Positions 38,090-48,637 of a stretch of 64,000 nucleotides of DNA are shown here, piece after piece; the first letter of the stretch is position 1, and the number at the start of each line of letters is the position of its first letter. This stretch comes from Dehalococcoidia bacterium (GTDB taxonomy: Bacteria; Chloroflexota; Dehalococcoidia; Lucifugimonadales; CBDEGW01). The notes under the pieces were generated by a model, which was not told the DNA's origin, did not search any database, and saw only the letters and a list, made by a program, of their open reading frames with translations. The stretch is from assembly GCA_965237935.1 (NCBI GenBank), contig OZ250168.1:946814-1010813 (forward strand), in the 5' to 3' direction. The position numbers and the translations under genes were made by a program.

Positions 38090-38164
38090 GGGTAACCGGC
38101 ACTCTTGTCGTTTCAATCCGATAACCCTGGTCCACAAATCCCCTGGCTCTGCCGGGAGATTCCC

Positions 38165-39048
38165 CTAGCCGCAGGCGGGTATGACCTCTGCCCCGAACAA
38201 CCGTATTGCCTCCATTATCTTCTCGTGGGGTGGGCCTCCCGAGTGGGCATGACGCAGCCGCAGCAGGAAGTATTCCGCGCCCACCGCCTCGCTCCAGCGC
38301 CGGAACTCCGCCACGCATTCATCCGGCTCCCCCAGTATCAACCAGTCCGGCCCAAGGTTGTCCAGGGTGATCTCGTCCTCCGACCCGATGCCACGGAACT
38401 CCGGCAGGCCGTTGCGCCAGTAATACCTGTAGGCCGTCATCACCTCCGGGCCGTAAACCGCCGCGGCCTCAGCCCGTGTCTCCGCCACCCAGGCGTCCCG
38501 CATCAGCGCCACCCGCGGCTCACGGCCTGCCCGTACCGCCGCCTCCCGGTAGGTCTCCACCAACCCGATGGTGCTGGCTAAGTCGGTGCTGGGTCCGGCC
38601 ACGAACCCGTCGGCCTTGCGCCCAGCCCGGCGCGCTCCCGGCAGGGTGCTGGCCCCGATCCACAGGGGAGGAGCGGGCTGCTGGAAGGGACTGGGCCGGA
38701 TGTGCAGGTTTTCCAGTTGGTGGTGCTCGCCGTGGAAGGAGAAGGGTTCCCCGCTCCAGCAGTGGCGGATGATCTCCACCCCCTCTTCGAACCGGCCCAC
38801 CCGCTGGCGCACCGGCACCTCGAAGGGCCGGAAATCCGCCTCCTGGTATCCCAGGCCCACGCCCAGGATGATTCTCCCCTTGGACACCAGGTCCAGGGTG
38901 ATCACGTCCTCCGCCAGGTGTACCGGGTTGTGCAGGGGCAGCAGAATTACCGACGTGCCCACCTTCAAGGTGGTGGTCTGAGCGGCCACCGCCGTGGCCA
39001 CGATCAGCGGTGACGGCAGGAACCCGTCCCGGTCCTGGTGGCGCTTCC
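38165..39048 (-). pseudogene. LLM-class flavin-dependent oxidoreductase, 5' truncated
   Basis: LPLHNPVHLAED, LDLVSKGR, PPLWIGA; N-terminus absent. Confidence 0.7.
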
Positions 39049-39382
39049 CTAGGTGTTTTTATACGAATTTGAGAGTTTACCTACCCCTGTCAGCTCCTTG
39101 GCTGAGAGCGGACTGCCTAACAAAATCCGGGCGGCGAAATATCCCTGCGCATGGCACGCGCTTGGGTCAGTAAGGAATGGCCCTTACCCCGCCGAGGACT
39201 TGGGGGTTAGCACCCTGTTGGCCAAGTGGGGCGCATGGCTAACCATAATTAAATGCAGCAAGACCGGATGGTTTCCGGGTGCAGGCTGGTTTTCCGCTGG
39301 TCCCCACCTTCGAGAGAGCCCTGCGTCTCGCTCTCCAAGGTTTGGATGCTCACCGTAGTAGGTAGCGCGGGCAGTTCCTAAA

Positions 39383-41086
39383 CCCGAATCCACCGAAGGA
39401 CGGCCTTGGGGACAGCCCTTGAAGAAGCTAGCGGGTGCTCCTCTGAATCTGGGATAATGGTTTTGGAACAGAAACCCGCCCGGAAACAAGGAGCACCCAA
39501 TAGATGCTGCCACAGAACAAACCCGACCGTATCCGCATCCTCTTTGACGACCATCGCCTGGTGGCCAATGCCGGCCTGCTCCTGCCGGCCACCCTAGCCC
39601 GGCACCTGGGCCTGCGGGAACTCGTCGACCATCACCTTGACCTCGGCGGAGCGCCGGGACGGGCGAACACTGGGGACAAGATGCTGACGCTGGTCGCTTC
39701 CGCGCTGGCAGGCGGCGACTGCATCGACGACGCCGATGCGCTGCGCGCTGGTGGGACGGTCGGTGTTCTAGGCTGCGTGGTCAAGGCGCCATCCACCCTG
39801 GGGACCTTCCTGCGCAGCTTCCGGTGGGGGCATGTCCGTCAACTCGACCGCGTGAGCCGCCAGTTGTTGGCCCGGGCCTGGGCCGCTGGGGCCGGACCCG
39901 GCGACTCGCCCCTGACCATCGACCTGGACTCGACCATCTGCGAGACCTATGGGCTGGCCAAGGAGGGAGCGCGCCACCACGGCTATACCGGCGCCCGCGG
40001 CTATCACCCACTGCTGGCCATTGCCGCCGGCACCGGCGAGGTGCTGATGTCCCGGCTGCGCGAGGGCCGGGCCAACACCGCCCGTGGCGCCGCCCACTTC
40101 CTGCGTGAGACGGTGTGGCGGGTGCGCTACGGCGGGGCCAGGGGACAACTCACGGTGCGGGCCGACAGCGGCTTCTACGCCCACACTGTCGTTGCCGCCT
40201 GCCGGGAAATGGATGTCCGCTTCTCTATCACCATCCGCCAGCGCGCCAGCCTGCGGGACCCGATCGAGGCGATACCAGAGGAGGACTGGACTCCCATTCC
40301 CTACTGGATGGACGGCGCCGCCGATGTCGCCGAGACGACTTACACCCCGTTCCAGACCAAGCCGGACGCCGCGCCGGTGCGGCTCATTGTCCGGCGGGTG
40401 AAGCCGACGCCCGGTTCCCAGCTCGCCCTCTTCGCCAGATACAGCTATCACGCCTTCATCACCGACCGCGATGGGGAGACGCTGGAACTGGAGGCCGATC
40501 ATCGCCGCCACGCCGAGGTCGAGAACGCCATACGCGACCTCAAGTACGGCGTCGGGCTGAACCACATGCCGTCGGCGCGCTTCGCCGCCAACGGCGCCTG
40601 GCTGGCGGTCCAGGTGATGGCGCATAACCTGGCCCGCTGGACGGCGCGGATTGGTCTGGGCGAGCGGACCGTGATCACCAAGACCCTCAGGCGGCGGGTC
40701 TTCGCTCTGGTGGGACGGATCACCCGCTCGGCGCGCCGCCTCACTTTGCATCTCCCCCGGCGCTGGCCTTGGGAAACCCAGTTCAGTCGCGCCTTGGCCC
40801 GGCTGCAAGCCATTCCGTTCCCGGCCTGACGGCCAGCCTGCAACTGACCCAACGTCCCCGCAATCTCGCGCCACCCCGGTCGCGAGAGTCCCCTGCTGCG
40901 TATCCTCTCGCCATCCCGCGCATCGCAACTCCCGCATAGGGCCTTAGGGGCCCTGTGCGGCGACTGAAGACCGTCCGCCGGCCTCCCATCTACCCCAAGA
41001 CCCCAGGCCATCTCCCCTGTAGCTCCCTCACCCACCCCCTTCCGCTGTCCTCACGCCGTCCATCCGTGTCCTTCGGTGGATTCGGG
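39383..41086 (+). mobile_element. IS1380-family element copy 3 (1704 bp)
   Basis: Same TIR; TSD CTAAA. Confidence 0.92.
39504..40829 (+). CDS. IS1380-family transposase
   Basis: Near-identical to 20967-22292. Confidence 0.95.
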   Translation: MLPQNKPDRIRILFDDHRLVANAGLLLPATLARHLGLRELVDHHLDLGGAPGRANTGDKMLTLVASALAGGDCIDDADALRAGGTVGVLGCVVKAPSTLGTFLRSFRWGHVRQLDRVSRQLLARAWAAGAGPGDSPLTIDLDSTICETYGLAKEGARHHGYTGARGYHPLLAIAAGTGEVLMSRLREGRANTARGAAHFLRETVWRVRYGGARGQLTVRADSGFYAHTVVAACREMDVRFSITIRQRASLRDPIEAIPEEDWTPIPYWMDGAADVAETTYTPFQTKPDAAPVRLIVRRVKPTPGSQLALFARYSYHAFITDRDGETLELEADHRRHAEVENAIRDLKYGVGLNHMPSARFAANGAWLAVQVMAHNLARWTARIGLGERTVITKTLRRRVFALVGRITRSARRLTLHLPRRWPWETQFSRALARLQAIPFPA

Positions 41087-41156
41087 CTAAACCTGTGATG
41101 ATGACAACGGACCCGGCAAAAATGGCAAGGCCGGAAGTCTGTCAAAAGGGGGTAAT

Positions 41157-41612
41157 ATGACCAGGATATTAGTAGTAGACGACGAACTGGAGGTCCGAGA
41201 GGTGGTCAAGACCGCTCTTCAGCGAAACGGTTACCAGGTAATGGAGGCCGCCGATGGCATAGAGGCCTATGCAGCCGCTGCTGACGCCGCCGTGGCCGAA
41301 AAGCCGGACCTGATAGTCTTGGACTTAATGCTGCCCAAATTGAACGGCTTTGAGGTGCTGGAAAAGCTCAAGCAAAATCCTCAAACCTCCTACATACCGG
41401 TGGTGATTCTTACCGCCCGCGGGCAATCCCAGGACGAAACCAGGGCCTTGCGCTCAAGAGCGACCGATTATATGACCAAGCCCTGGTCAGCCGACGAGTT
41501 GTCCGATAGGGTCCGTCTCGCATTGGATCAACGGCGAATCGCCAAGCCCCACACATTCAAGTCTGCCGAGCGAGTCACCGACTCCCGGCGGAACTGGACC
41601 CAAGCTAGCTAA
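41157..41612 (+). CDS. Response regulator receiver protein
   Basis: ILVVDD, LDLMLP, LTA, MTKP. Confidence 0.9.
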   Translation: MTRILVVDDELEVREVVKTALQRNGYQVMEAADGIEAYAAAADAAVAEKPDLIVLDLMLPKLNGFEVLEKLKQNPQTSYIPVVILTARGQSQDETRALRSRATDYMTKPWSADELSDRVRLALDQRRIAKPHTFKSAERVTDSRRNWTQAS

Positions 41613-41647
41613 CCTCTTTAATAGAGCCCTTTAAGGCGGCGCCCCGG

Positions 41648-43473
41648 CTACAGGGCGCCGTCTATACTTATGTCCAGCAGCGACGGTTTCCCGCTGGCGA
41701 TGGCCTCTTCCGCCAGACGTTGCAAGGCGTCCGGATCCTCAACTTTCAGGCTGGAAACCCCCATGGCTTGGGCGATATCCGCCAAGGGTAGGGCGTTGGG
41801 GAAGTCCATGCCCACGTACTCGCTATCCCGCTCCCGGTCCTCCAGCATCCGCCTCAGGTAGATGTCCATGTTAAGTTTAAGAATCCGGTAGGACCGATAG
41901 TTGCAGATGGCGTAGGTGACCGGGATATTGTACCGGGCGGCGGTCCACAATGCTTGCACCGTGTACATGGAGGCCCCATCTCCTACCACCGCCACCACCG
42001 GCCGGTCCGGGTTGGCGAGCTGCATCCCCAAAGCACCGGGCATGGCCCAGCCCAAGGCTCCGCCCTGGATACCGTAAAAAGAACCGGGCTCGTCAAAACT
42101 CATCGCGCGCATCAGGGCTGGGCGGGAGGTTACAGCTTCATCGGCGATGATGGCATTGCTGGGCAGAGCTTGCCCCAGCTCATGCATCATGCGCTCGACG
42201 GCCATGGGACGCCGGTCCCAGTGCTCCTTGAGATTCCGCTCCGCCCCCTGATGGTAGCGGCTCCGCTCCTCGGCCAGGGTGGCGGCCCGGGTGGCAGCGG
42301 CTTCCTTCGCCTGTCCCGACATATCCTGATCTAATGCCTGGGACAGATCTTCCAAACCGGCCTTGGGGTCGCACAGGATGCCCACCTCCGTAGGGTAGAT
42401 CTTCTCCACTTCCCTGGCGTTGCTGTCCAGATGAATCAGCTTGGTGCTCGGGCCTATGAATGGCTCGGGCACGTATAGGAAGGAAGAGAAGACGTTGGTG
42501 CCAACGGCCAGCACCACGTCGTCGGCGGCCAGCTGCTGTCGCGTGGCGGCGCTGTTGAGGTTAAGCATGCCGCCGAAGAGGCTGTGGCTGGTGGGGAAGT
42601 TTACCTCGGTGTAGGCCGCGGCATAGACCTTGGCCCCAAGTTGCTCGGCCACCTTGCCCATTTCCGGGACTGCCGCGGATTGGGCGATGCGGTCACCGAT
42701 GACAATGACCGGATTTTCCGCTTGGGAGAGCAACTCAGAAGCATGGGCTACCGCATCCATGTCGGGCCGGCTCCGGAAATACCCCGGCGATGACGGGATG
42801 ATGTCGGCGTCCACCTCCTCATCCAGCGTGTCCCACGGGAAGGAAAGAAACACCGGACCGGTGGGCGGAGTTTTGGCCTCCTTAAAGGCCCGGCGAATCA
42901 CCATGGGAATGTCCAAGGCATGGCGGATCTCCGCGCTCCACTTGGTGTACTGGGAGGTCATCTCCACCAAGCTACCCGAGAGCACCGGCTCGGTCAGCAG
43001 CATGCGGGTATCCGAGTTGCCCGCCGTCAATATTACCGGCGTGCCTCCGCGATAGGCGTTGTAGAGGGCGCTGATGCCGTTGGCCAAGCCGCCGGCGATG
43101 TGGATGTTGGCGAAGGCAGGCCGTCCGCTGGCCCGGGCATAGCCATCGGCCATCCCGACCGCGGTGCCTTCTTGCAAAGCCTGAACGTATTTTATCTGGG
43201 GATAGTCCTGTAGCCCGTCAAGAAAAGGGGTTTCGCTGGTACCAGGATTGCCGAAGATGTGCTCGGTGCCCTCGGCGATCAGCATCTGGGCTAGGAGTCT
43301 GTCCGAGAAACAATGTTCTAAGCGATATGCGTCATTAGTGGAGTGTAAAGATGCTAATTACTCCACGACAAAGTCCAGATTACTGTAAGCAGGTTATTGC
43401 GTGGCGGTTTTCGTCTCCAGGAACGAATCCTCGGACAGACTCCTAGGGCATGCTTGCCGGTCATTCTTGGCAT
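41648..43473 (-). pseudogene. TPP-dependent enzyme (benzoylformate decarboxylase-like), MITE inserted at codon 10-11
   Basis: FGNPGTSE, GDGASMY; removal restores MPRMTGKHALAQMLIAEG. Confidence 0.8.
43295..43442. mobile_element. 148-bp IS1182-type MITE
   Basis: TIR GAGTCTGTCCGAG; CTAG duplicated at 43291 and 43443. Confidence 0.88.
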
Positions 43474-43528
43474 GGCAAATCCTTTCAGATTGAAGTATTG
43501 GGCGGGTCAGCCAGCTCCGGACAGCCAG

Positions 43529-43936
43529 CTACTGATAGATCATCCATTCCAACAAGTTGTCGTCCGGGTCTCTAGCGTAGAGGCTAACCGCCGGCAGGCG
43601 TCCCCCTTGGCGAGCTCCCTTGCGGGGACCAGGCCCTCGGATCACCTCCACTCCCAAATCGGCCAACATTTTTTGGCATTCCTCGACGGCGCCATCCCAG
43701 ACGAAACAGATGCCGGTGCAGCCTGGCACGGCGGTGGGCCCCCGCAGGGAGGCGGTGTAGCCTTCCGGATGGACGTTGATTTTGGAGTCGCCGATTTGAA
43801 TGGAAAAGATATTGGCCGTACCCGCCCGCCATTCCGCTTCGTCGTTGATGGTGAAGCCCAGTTCCTTGTAAAACTGCATGAGACGCTCGGCGTTGGCGGT
43901 GGGCATGGCAATGTGGTCGATGCCTACAGTTGGCAT
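43529..43936 (-). CDS. VOC/glyoxalase family protein
   Basis: IDHIA, FYKELGF, SLYARDPDDNLLE. Confidence 0.88.
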   Translation of the reverse strand: MPTVGIDHIAMPTANAERLMQFYKELGFTINDEAEWRAGTANIFSIQIGDSKINVHPEGYTASLRGPTAVPGCTGICFVWDGAVEECQKMLADLGVEVIRGPGPRKGARQGGRLPAVSLYARDPDDNLLEWMIYQ

Positions 43937-44010
43937 GATAGCAGAGCCTCCATTATTGGATAGCTTAGGTTGAATGGCCGGTGTTGAGTCGATGGCTCAA
44001 AATGACCCAT

Positions 44011-44122
44011 GTCATTCCGAAGGAGCCCCTTCCGCGGAAGGGCTCAGGTGCTCTGAAAATAGTCCCTTCGCCCTTCGACAGACTCAGGACCAACGGGATC
44101 CCTACCGCTCGTGGTGAGCCCT
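44011..44122. repeat. Degenerate REP-like elements
   Basis: CCCTTCGACAGACTCAGGACCAACGG ... CCGCTCGTGGTGAGCC. Confidence 0.45.
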
Positions 44123-44963
44123 GCGCACCTGACCTACAAGAGACTTCCAGAGCCCGCGCAGCTCCTCACTGGTGCGCTGTTGCCGAACTCCCTTTGGAGC
44201 CTGCCAACTCCTCGGGTTGAAATACTCGCCCGGAAGGTCGATCAGTGGACGAGGAAACCCTGCGTCCCCGTGCGCTGGCATTGCGGGGAAGAAGCTGAAC
44301 ATCCCCCCTACTGGATCTTCTGGTGTTGCTCCCCTGTAGAGCCTGAAAGAGGCCTGCTCGTTGTCTACAAGCGGGCCACAGGTCACCGTAAGAAATGCCT
44401 CAGGCGCCGCATCTGCTAACACTCGGCGCGCCTCTGGTGCTGAGTACGTGAGGGAGTCAGCGACTACGAGCACTGTGTCGATGAACGGCATCCGGCTGAG
44501 GAAGTCGAGTAGTTGTACGTCAGAGAGGGCCATATGTCGAACCTACCAGTTCTGGAGGCGTCAGCGGCAGCCGCTCAAACACTGTAAGCGTAAGCGCTCG
44601 ACCTCCCTTATAGCCAGTATAGCCATGTGAATGGCGGCGACGTCACCTCATTCGGTTGGCAGTGCCGATCCCCCGAACCACTACGGGAGTGGGTTCGGCT
44701 GAGACGACCTGGCGCTCCAGGGTCTGCCCCAAAATTATGGATGCGTTGGCCGCTCGATTCCATTATTATATACTGTAGAAGCACTGACGCTGGAGCGGCA
44801 CAGCAGGGAGTTGCAAGCGCCAACTGGTCACCATTGTTGCAGGCACGTCGGCTCAAGGATCGTGGCAGAGGCATTGGCACCTCTCAACTACCAGAGTTCT
44901 AAAGAAGGAAATGTCGGAAACCGGCGGCACTTCCGTACCGGCCGCCCATAGCATGGAGGCAGT

Positions 44964-45752
44964 TTGACGAACACAGCGCCTATCCTTGAGGTTCACGACC
45001 TGGTGAAGGACTTCGGCGGAGTGCGGGCCGTTGACCATTGCTCCCTGCGGATCAAGCGGGGCGCGATCACGGGGATAATCGGCCCCAATGGGGCGGGCAA
45101 GACGACTTTGTTCAACCTGGTTTCCGGCGCGATGTCTCCGACCAGCGGGCAAGTCATCTTCGACGGCCGGCGCATCGACAAGATGGGAATGCACCAGACT
45201 TTCGGTCTGGGCCTTGTGCGCACCTTCCAGATCCCTAGGGAGATGAAGCGCATGACGGTGCTGGAAAACCTTATGCTGGTACCCGCTCCACAGACGGGCG
45301 AACACATCTGGGCATCTTGGTTGATGCCCCGGAAAGTGGCCCGTGAGGAGCGCCAGATCGAGGTACAGGCGATGGAAGTCTTGGAGCTGCTCACCCTATC
45401 TCACCTGGCCGACGAGTACGCCGGGAATCTGTCCGGCGGCCAGAAGAAGCTGCTGGAGCTAGCACGCGTCCTTATGGCCAAGCCCAAGATGGTGCTATTG
45501 GACGAACCCGGCGCCGGAGTCAACCGTACGCTGCTTCAAGGCATCTCGCAGAACATACTTCTGGCCAGCGTCGAGCGGGACATCACGTTCGTAATCATTG
45601 AGCACGACATGAGATTCGTCATGGCTATGTGCGACCCGATTATCGTCATGGCCAACGGCGCCGTAATTGCGGAAGGAACGCCGCTACAGGTGCGGCAAAA
45701 CCCGCAGGTGCTGGAAGCATATCTGGGAGGCTCAACCGGTGACACTGCTTGA
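44964..45752 (+). CDS. ABC ATPase, LivG-like
   Basis: GPNGAGKTT, LSGGQ, LDEP, EAYLG. Confidence 0.9.
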   Translation: MTNTAPILEVHDLVKDFGGVRAVDHCSLRIKRGAITGIIGPNGAGKTTLFNLVSGAMSPTSGQVIFDGRRIDKMGMHQTFGLGLVRTFQIPREMKRMTVLENLMLVPAPQTGEHIWASWLMPRKVAREERQIEVQAMEVLELLTLSHLADEYAGNLSGGQKKLLELARVLMAKPKMVLLDEPGAGVNRTLLQGISQNILLASVERDITFVIIEHDMRFVMAMCDPIIVMANGAVIAEGTPLQVRQNPQVLEAYLGGSTGDTA

Positions 45753-46443
45753 TGCCTGCGGCGTAGTGGCCGGGTATGGAGAGACCGAGATACTACACGG
45801 TGTGTCTATTACCGTGGGCATGGGCGAGGTCGTCACGATCATCGGCCCCAACGGCTGCGGGAAATCCACCTTGATGAAGGCCATCGTAGGTCTGATTCGG
45901 ATGCGATCGGGCAGCATCATGTTCCGGGGCGAGGACATATCTGGGATTCAACCGGATCAGGCGGTGCGCACTGGCTTGTCCTATGTCCCCCAAACCGGCA
46001 ACGTCTTTCCTTCACTGAGCATCCGGGAGAACCTGGATATGGGCGCTTTTATCCGTCGCGACGACTACCGGGGACGCATCGACGAGATGTTCGAAATCTT
46101 CCCAGACCTTGCCATGCGGCCGGGCCGCAAGGCGGGAACCTTGTCGGGTGGCCAGCGCCAGATGCTGGCCCTCGCCCGCGCGCTGATGCTGGACCCTGCG
46201 CTGATACTGCTGGACGAACCCTCCGCCGGGCTCTCTCCAGAGATGATGGGCCTGGTCTTCGAGCGCATCAGGGACATTAATCGAAGCGGCGTAGCCGTGC
46301 TGCTGGTAGAGCAAAACGCCCGCGAAGCGCTGCGAATGTCGCACCGAGGCTACGTTCTGGTTGCGGGGGAAAACCGGCTGGACGACACCGGCCCTGACCT
46401 GCTGGACAACCCGCAAGTAGCCAGTCTGTACCTAGGAGGCTAA
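45739..46443 (+). CDS. ABC ATPase, LivF-like
   Basis: GPNGCGKS, LSGGQRQM, LVEQN. Confidence 0.9.
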   Translation: MTLLDACGVVAGYGETEILHGVSITVGMGEVVTIIGPNGCGKSTLMKAIVGLIRMRSGSIMFRGEDISGIQPDQAVRTGLSYVPQTGNVFPSLSIRENLDMGAFIRRDDYRGRIDEMFEIFPDLAMRPGRKAGTLSGGQRQMLALARALMLDPALILLDEPSAGLSPEMMGLVFERIRDINRSGVAVLLVEQNAREALRMSHRGYVLVAGENRLDDTGPDLLDNPQVASLYLGG

Positions 46444-46470
46444 TCAAGACGTGCGCTCAGAAAGTCAGAG

Positions 46471-47496
46471 ATGACTACCCTGCGCGATATCGCCCGACAA
46501 ATCGGCTCGGCCTGGACGCCAGCGCACACCACTGCCGTCATAGTGTTGGCGGCGCTGGCCATTGGCTTCCTGCCTTTCGTCAAGATGGGGCTGGTGGTCA
46601 ACGGCATTTTCCTCGGGGCCATCATCGCCCTAGGCGCTATCGGCTTGACCCTGATCTACGGCATCCTCAATTTCGCCAACATCGCTCACGGCGACTATAT
46701 GACCTTGGGAGCGTACGCCGCGCTGTTCATTATCGGCAGCCTGCTTCCGAAGATTGGAGTTGAGGGCGAGGGTCTGGGGCCATTCACATTCGGCTACCCT
46801 CTGCTCATTGCCTTGCCGATAGCGGCGGCGGTCATCGCCGCGGCGGCAATCGCTCTGGACGTGGTAGTGTACCGTCGGCTGCGGAACCGAGGCGTGAACG
46901 CCGTAGTGGTTTCAATGGCCTCGCTGGGAGTAGCCATCGCGCTGCGCGGGTTGGTGCAGCTGATTTGGGGAGGAGATGTCCAGCGCTTGCCGAGGGAGAC
47001 CCGGCAGGTGTTTCACCTACCCATGGACGTGCGGATACCGCCGGACGCTATCTTCATCGCCATCGTGGCCGTCATCCTCGTGGTGGCGTTGTATCTGGTG
47101 CTGAGCCGCAGCAAAATGGGCAAGGCCATGCGCGCCACAGCGGACAACCCCGACCTAGCCCTGGTCAGCGGCATCGGTACCCAGCGCGTCATATGGTGGA
47201 CTTGGGGAATGGGCGCGGCGTTGGCCGCCACCGCTGGCATCCTGCTGGCCGTATTTCAGGCGAACATGCTGCCCATAATGGGCTGGAAGTTCCTCATCCC
47301 TCTGTTCGCCGCCGTAATCCTGGGAGGCACCGGAAGCCCATACGGCGCGCTGGTGGGTGCCTTCGTCATCGGAGTAACGTCTGAAGTTTCGACTCAATGG
47401 ATCAACCCCAGCTACAAACCCGCGGTAGCCTTCGCGCTGATGATTATGGTGCTGCTGGTGCGGCCGCGCGGAATTTTGGGAGGAGCACGGAGCTGA
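46471..47496 (+). CDS. ABC permease, LivH-like
   Basis: GLTLIYGILNFANIAHG, GKAMRA, RPRG. Confidence 0.9.
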   Translation: MTTLRDIARQIGSAWTPAHTTAVIVLAALAIGFLPFVKMGLVVNGIFLGAIIALGAIGLTLIYGILNFANIAHGDYMTLGAYAALFIIGSLLPKIGVEGEGLGPFTFGYPLLIALPIAAAVIAAAAIALDVVVYRRLRNRGVNAVVVSMASLGVAIALRGLVQLIWGGDVQRLPRETRQVFHLPMDVRIPPDAIFIAIVAVILVVALYLVLSRSKMGKAMRATADNPDLALVSGIGTQRVIWWTWGMGAALAATAGILLAVFQANMLPIMGWKFLIPLFAAVILGGTGSPYGALVGAFVIGVTSEVSTQWINPSYKPAVAFALMIMVLLVRPRGILGGARS

Positions 47497-47497
47497 A

Positions 47498-48496
47498 TTG
47501 GAAGTAATCGGCATCCTCTATTACCTGGTGGGCTTTGCCATCATGGCGGGCATCTATTCCGTCTTCTCCCTGGGGCTGAACGTTCATTGGGGGTTCACCG
47601 GGCTATTCAACATCGGAATCGCCGGATTTTTTGCGCTGGGCGCCTACGCATCGGCGCTGTTGACCACCTCGTCGCCGGACCCGACGCTGTTCGAGGACTT
47701 CAAGTTCGGCGGCAACTGGTCCAGTCTGAGCTATCTGGACTTGGGCATCGACGTCTGGTTCGTCTTTGGACTGGTGGCAGCAGCATTGTGCTGCGGAGTG
47801 ATTGCGCTGGTCATTGGCTACGTTGCTCTGCGGCTGCGCGACGATTATCTGGCGATAGCCACGCTGGGAATCGCCGAGACAGTACGCCTCTTATTCCTGA
47901 ACGAAAAGTGGCTGGCCAACGGCTCCAAGGGGCTGTACAGAATCCCAAAGTTTCTGGGCGACTGGATAGCGCCGGACATCTACAACTACCTGTATCTAGC
48001 GGTAGTGATCGTCACGCTGGCGGCGCTCTATCTGGCGGTGCAACAGGCGGTCAACTCTCCCTGGGGACGGGTGCTGAGGGCCATTCGCGAGGACGAGACG
48101 GCCGCCGAAGCCAGCGGTAAGGATGTATTCAAGTTCAAGCTCCAGGCGTTCATCATGGGCGCGATGATCATGGGTATCGGCGGCGCGCTTTATGCCCACC
48201 ACATCCGCTTTCTCTCCCCGCTAACCTTCGACCCGCTGCTCGCTACCTTCGTGATCTGGGCCATGCTGATGGTGGGCGGCTCTGCCAACAACAAGGGGGC
48301 AATCCTGGGAGCGTTCGTGGTGTGGGGAATCTGGACCGGCACACAGTCCCTGCCCGGCATACTTTCCGATCCCAGCTTCCGACTCTTCATGATAGGCGCG
48401 CTCATCGTGGCGGTGATCCTGCTTCGCCCCGGCGGCATCCTGAGCGAGCAGCGCCATGTCGCCCGACGCGGGTTCCCTCCAGATGCTGCTGGCTAG
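47498..48496 (+). CDS. ABC permease, LivM-like
   Basis: LRLRDDYLAIATL, SPWGRVLRAIRED. Confidence 0.9.
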   Translation: MEVIGILYYLVGFAIMAGIYSVFSLGLNVHWGFTGLFNIGIAGFFALGAYASALLTTSSPDPTLFEDFKFGGNWSSLSYLDLGIDVWFVFGLVAAALCCGVIALVIGYVALRLRDDYLAIATLGIAETVRLLFLNEKWLANGSKGLYRIPKFLGDWIAPDIYNYLYLAVVIVTLAALYLAVQQAVNSPWGRVLRAIREDETAAEASGKDVFKFKLQAFIMGAMIMGIGGALYAHHIRFLSPLTFDPLLATFVIWAMLMVGGSANNKGAILGAFVVWGIWTGTQSLPGILSDPSFRLFMIGALIVAVILLRPGGILSEQRHVARRGFPPDAAG

Positions 48497-48637
48497 GGAT
48501 GGCGAACGCGACGATGGTCCAACTCGCTTGATCCGTGGCGATGTGCCCGCGCCGAATAACATGCGCCGGGTCGCCGAGAATCTGCTCTCAGCGTCCCGGC
48601 GCAATCGCTAGGAGTCTAGTTTCGGCCCGCGCTGGAT

